NCBI GenBank assembly: GCA_038087875.1 | Contig: JAXLNO010000202.1 | Coordinates: forward strand, 1-64,000 | Source of the DNA: Malacoraja senta | Taxonomy: Eukaryota | Direction: 5' to 3' | Length of the DNA: 64,000 bases | Shown: positions 59,950 to 64,000 of the stretch, in pieces | Layout of the letters: every line of letters starts with the position of its first letter | How positions within the stretch are numbered: the stretch's first letter is position 1 | Program-made: the position numbers and the translations under genes | The notes under the pieces: generated by a model | What the model was told of the DNA's origin: nothing | What the model saw: only the letters and a program-made list of their open reading frames with translations | The model's database searches: none

Positions 59950-60638
59950 GTAGCAATGTTACAAAATTTTGAGATTTAAAAAATCAAGTCTGTAATTTAT
60001 CCCATCAGATAAAGCATAAAAAGACGTTTAATTTGACACCTAATTCACTTTCATATCTTCAGTATTAAAAATGTTATGGCCATTTTCATACTCAGAAATT
60101 AGCATCTTGTTCCCTATTGCTTTTCCATTGACTTAACACAAAAGCTGTGATCGAGGACAGTCAAAAGCCCATAACTTTCTTAAAAATTCAGAGAACTGAA
60201 AGAAATTTTCAGTTATTATAGATTGAAGCATTCTGAAACTAATATGAAACAATCTTACTTAGATGACATGAAATTAAAGCATATAATTAGTTAGTTACCT
60301 AATTGTAGCTAATTACAAAATTCAATTACTAGATCTAAACATTAATCTAAGAAATTAACATTTTTAAATAGCCTAAGTGTCCAAATAACATTCACACAAG
60401 AATTCACAATATAACATAATTTTTAAATCTCATTGTCATTGATTTATAGGCCAAATGGAAGGAATTTAATGTTTAATACCTGTATATTAATGGTCATTTA
60501 AATCATCTTGCGAATGGGTTTTTCTGGTACGTGATCAATTGGAACGTTGCATTTGCGGTGATTTTAAACCCGTATCGGCATGAAAAATACTGCCGCTTCG
60601 TTCATGGAAAAGAATCACCGTTTCGCAACTTAAAATGT
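59950..60638. mobile_element. AT-rich non-coding segment, possibly a DNA-transposon-derived repeat
   Basis: Abrupt compositional shift and no ORF; termini not identified. Confidence 0.3.
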
Positions 60639-60639
60639 G

Positions 60640-62290
60640 CATTAGTAAATTTGCAGATGACACAAAGCTGGGTGGCAGTGTGAACTGTGAGGAGGATGCT
60701 ATGAGAATGCAGGGTGACTTGGACAGGTTGGGGGAGTGGGCAGATGCATGGCAGATGAAGTTTAATGTGGATAAATGTGAGGTTATCCACTTTGGTATCA
60801 AAAACAGGAAAGCAGATTGCTATCTAAATGTGGTGTCAAGTTGGGAAAAGGGGAAGTACAACGGGATCTGAGGGTCCTTGTACATCAGTCTATGAAAGTA
60901 AGCATGCAGGTACAGCAGGCAATGAAGAAAGCGAATGGCATGTTGGCCTTTATAACAAGAGGAGTCGAGTATAGGAGCAAAGAGGTCCTTCTGCAGTTGT
61001 ACAGGGCCCTAGTGAGACCACACCTGGAGTATTGTGTGCAGATTGGTCCCCTAATTTGAGGAAGGACATTCTTGCTATGGAGGGAGTGCAGCGTAGGTTT
61101 ACAAGGTTAATTCCCGGGATGGCGGGACTGTTATACGCTGAGAGAATGGAGCAGCTGGGCTTGTACACTCTGGAGTTTAGAAGGATGAGAGGGAATCTTA
61201 TTGAAACATATAAGATTGTTAAGGGTTTGGACACGCTAGAGGCAGGAAACATGTTCCCGATGTTGGGGGAGTCCAGAACCAGGGGCCACAGTTTTAAGAA
61301 TAAGTCAAGTCAACTCAAGTCACATTTATTTATATAGCACATTTAAAAAACAACTCTCGTTGGCCAAAGTGCTTTACATTGGTGGAGGTACTAACGTTAT
61401 ACAACAGTGGTTCATAGATTAAGTACATACATAAATACATACATATAGTCCTCACTCAGAGGATGTCAAGTAAGGCTTGAAAGTAAAGATGAGTTAGGGT
61501 TAGGGTCTCAACTTAAAGGAGTCGATGGAGGGGGCAGTTCTCATGGGAAGAGGGATGCTGTTCCACAGTCTAGGAGCTGCAACTGCAAAGGCGCGGTCGC
61601 CCCTGAGCTTATGCCTAGACCGCAGGATGTTCAGTAACCCCAAGTCGGCCGATCTGAGGGACCTGGAGGTGGAGTGGTGGGTAAGCAGACTTTTAATGTA
61701 GGTGGGGGCAAGCTCATTGAGGGCTTTGTAGACATAAAGGAGGATCTTGAAATTTATTCGGAACCGCACAGGGAGCCAGTGGAGAGAGGCCAGGGTCGGG
61801 GTGATGTGGTCCCTTTTTCGGGTGCCCGTCAGGAGTCTCGCTGCGGCGTTTTGGACCAGTTGCAGGCGGGACAGGGAAGATTGGCTGATGCCAGTGTAGA
61901 GGGAGTTGCAGTAATCTAGGTGGGAGGAGATAAATGTGTGGATGATCTTTTCGAGGTCATCAAACTGGAGCAATTGTTTTATTTTAGCTATCGTCTGAAG
62001 CTGGAAGAAGTTAGCTTTTACCACGGCATAAGGGGTAAGCCATTTAGAATGGAGATGAGGAAACACTTTTTCTCACAGAGAATTGTGTGTGGAATAGTCT
62101 GCCTCAGAGGGTGGTGGAGGCCGGTTCTCTGGATACTTTCAAGAGAGAGCTAGATAGGGCTCTTAAAGATAGCAGAGTCGGGACATGGGGCGAAGGCAGG
62201 AATGGGTTACTGATTGGGGATGATCAGCCATGATTACATTGAATGGCGGTGCTGGCTCGAAGGGCCGAATGGCCTACTCCTGCACCCATG
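60640..62290 (+). mobile_element. CR1 LINE split by L2 insertion
   Basis: FADDTKL..., resumes at 62028. Confidence 0.88.
61305..62027 (-). mobile_element. L2-clade LINE 3' portion (same family as 26383-28364)
   Basis: HLDYCNSL, LHWLPVRFRINFK, GDRAFAVAAPRLWN; TSD ATAAG at 61300-04 and 62028-32. Confidence 0.88.
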
Positions 62291-62789
62291 TTTCAGCATT
62301 GGAATCGGTCTTTGCATTTACAATCACTGGAGCACATTGTCTCCCGATGATGCACAACACATTCCAATACCAATGATGTAACTTACCGATCACACAAAGG
62401 TGGTGCAGCGTACACGGGAAACACTGAGCCTTGTTACATCTACAGCTAAAAATAACTCTGTTATAGATGTCAAATGTCAATCTATGCCCCATCTAAAACA
62501 ATAACCGTGTTTAAGGTGTTTAAGGCCTATTCATGTCAGATTGAACATACAGGTAAACATCACCAACTGGAAATTCCAATCCATTGGCTTTGTGCTGATC
62601 TCATTGCTAAAGCTGAATCATTCTACACCCCCAACACAGAACAACCAGGAAACACTTGACCTGACTTGACTTGACACCTGCCAATGTGGACAATTCCTGA
62701 TGATCCCGTGGGACATCCCACCATCCTGGTACTTATGAGACCATGGTAGTCACACCGAATCCTTCCAAACTAATAAACCAGGAATTAGG

Positions 62790-64000
62790 TTTAGTATAAT
62801 AAACAGAGAAAAAGTGGTGGTGGGTTTCTTAAATGTGTATATTTTAATGCTAGGAGCATTGTAAGAAAGGTGGATGAGCTTAGAGTCTGGATTGACACCT
62901 GGAAGTATGATGTTGTGGCGATCAGTGAAACATGGTTGCAGGAGGGCTGCGATTGGAAACTAAATATTCCAGGATTTCGTTGCTTCAGGGGTGATAGAAT
63001 TGGAGGGGCAAGAGGTGGGGGTGTTGCATTGCTTGTCAAGGAAGATATTACAGCAGTGCTTTGGCAGGATAGATTAGAGGACTCATCTAGGGAGGGTATT
63101 TGGGTGGAGCTGAGAAATGGGAAAGGTGTAACAACACTTATAGGGGTGTATTATAGACCGCCAAATGGGGAGCGAGAATTGGAAGAGCAAATATGTAAGG
63201 AGATAGCAGATATTAGTAGTAAGCACAAGGTAGTGATTGTGGGAGATTTCAATTTTCCACACATAGACTGGGAAACACATTCTGTAAAAGGGCTGGATGG
63301 TTTGGAGTTCGTAAAATGTGTGCAGGATAGTTTTTTGCAGCAATACATAGAGGTGCCTACTAGAGAAGGGGCAATGCTGGACCTCCTGTTAGGAAATGAG
63401 ACTGGGCAGGTGGCGGAGGTAAGCGTTGGGGAGCACTTCGGGTCCAGTGATCACAATACCATTAGTTTCAATATAATTATGGAGAGGGTCAGAACTGGAC
63501 CTAGGGTTGAGATTTCTGATTGGAGAAAGGCTAACTTTGAGGAGATGCGAAAGGATTTAAAAGGAGTGAATTGGGACATGTTGCTTTATGGGAAGGATGT
63601 AGAAGAGAAATGGAGGACATTTAAAGGTGAAAGTTTAAGAGTACAGAATCTTTATGTCCCTGTTCGGTTGAAAGGAAATAGTAAAAATTGGAAAGAGCCA
63701 TGGTTTTCAAGGGAAATTGGACACTTGGTTCGGAAAAAGAGAGAGATCGACAATAATTATAGGCAGCATGAAGTAAATGAGGTGCTTGAGGAGTATAAAG
63801 AATGTAAAAAGAATATTAAGAAAGAAATTAGAAAAGCTAAAAGAAGATATGAGGTTGCTTTGGCAAGTAAGGTGAAAGTAAATCCAAAGGGTTTCTACAG
63901 CTATATTAATAGCGAAAGGATAACAAGGAATAAAATTGGTCCATTAGAGAGTCAGAGTGGACAGCTATCTGCAGACCCAAAAGAGATGGGGGAGATACTG
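62790..64000 (+). mobile_element. CR1 LINE ORF2 N-terminus (APE endonuclease), runs off window
   Basis: CVYFNARSI..DVVAISETWL, GGGVALLVK, YRPP, VGDFNFP, SSDHN. Confidence 0.9.

Overview
Repeat-saturated vertebrate DNA. The TE content (many CR1 LINE subfamilies, tRNA-derived V-SINE/HE1-type SINEs, Penelope, L2, RTE, Rex/Babar) suggests a cartilaginous fish, probably a skate or ray; this is an inference. Only one host gene is reconstructable: a 6-coding-exon + strand trypsin-like (S1A) serine protease (29584-50409, 297 aa). All splice phases are compatible and the His/Asp/Ser triad is intact. An N-terminal hydrophobic anchor joins the protease through only a ~27-aa stalk, giving a TMPRSS/matriptase-like enzyme without the usual stem domains. 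Most notable non-coding signal: a ~135-bp TSD-flanked retroposed element in intron 1 (minus strand). Its first 53 nt fold exactly as a minimal HDV/CPEB3-type self-cleaving ribozyme, and it ends in an AAG tail, so it looks like a ribozyme-headed SINE-like element. Other content: a shattered endogenous-retrovirus-like relic (LTR end, PBS, gag-like and env-like remnants, 2402-~7700, minus) whose env transmembrane segment is split by a Helitron; Penelope terminal repeats with minimal hammerhead motifs; interstitial telomere insertions; a microhomology-bounded local duplication; and multi-level nested LINE insertions. Most TE boundaries without a stated TSD are approximate.
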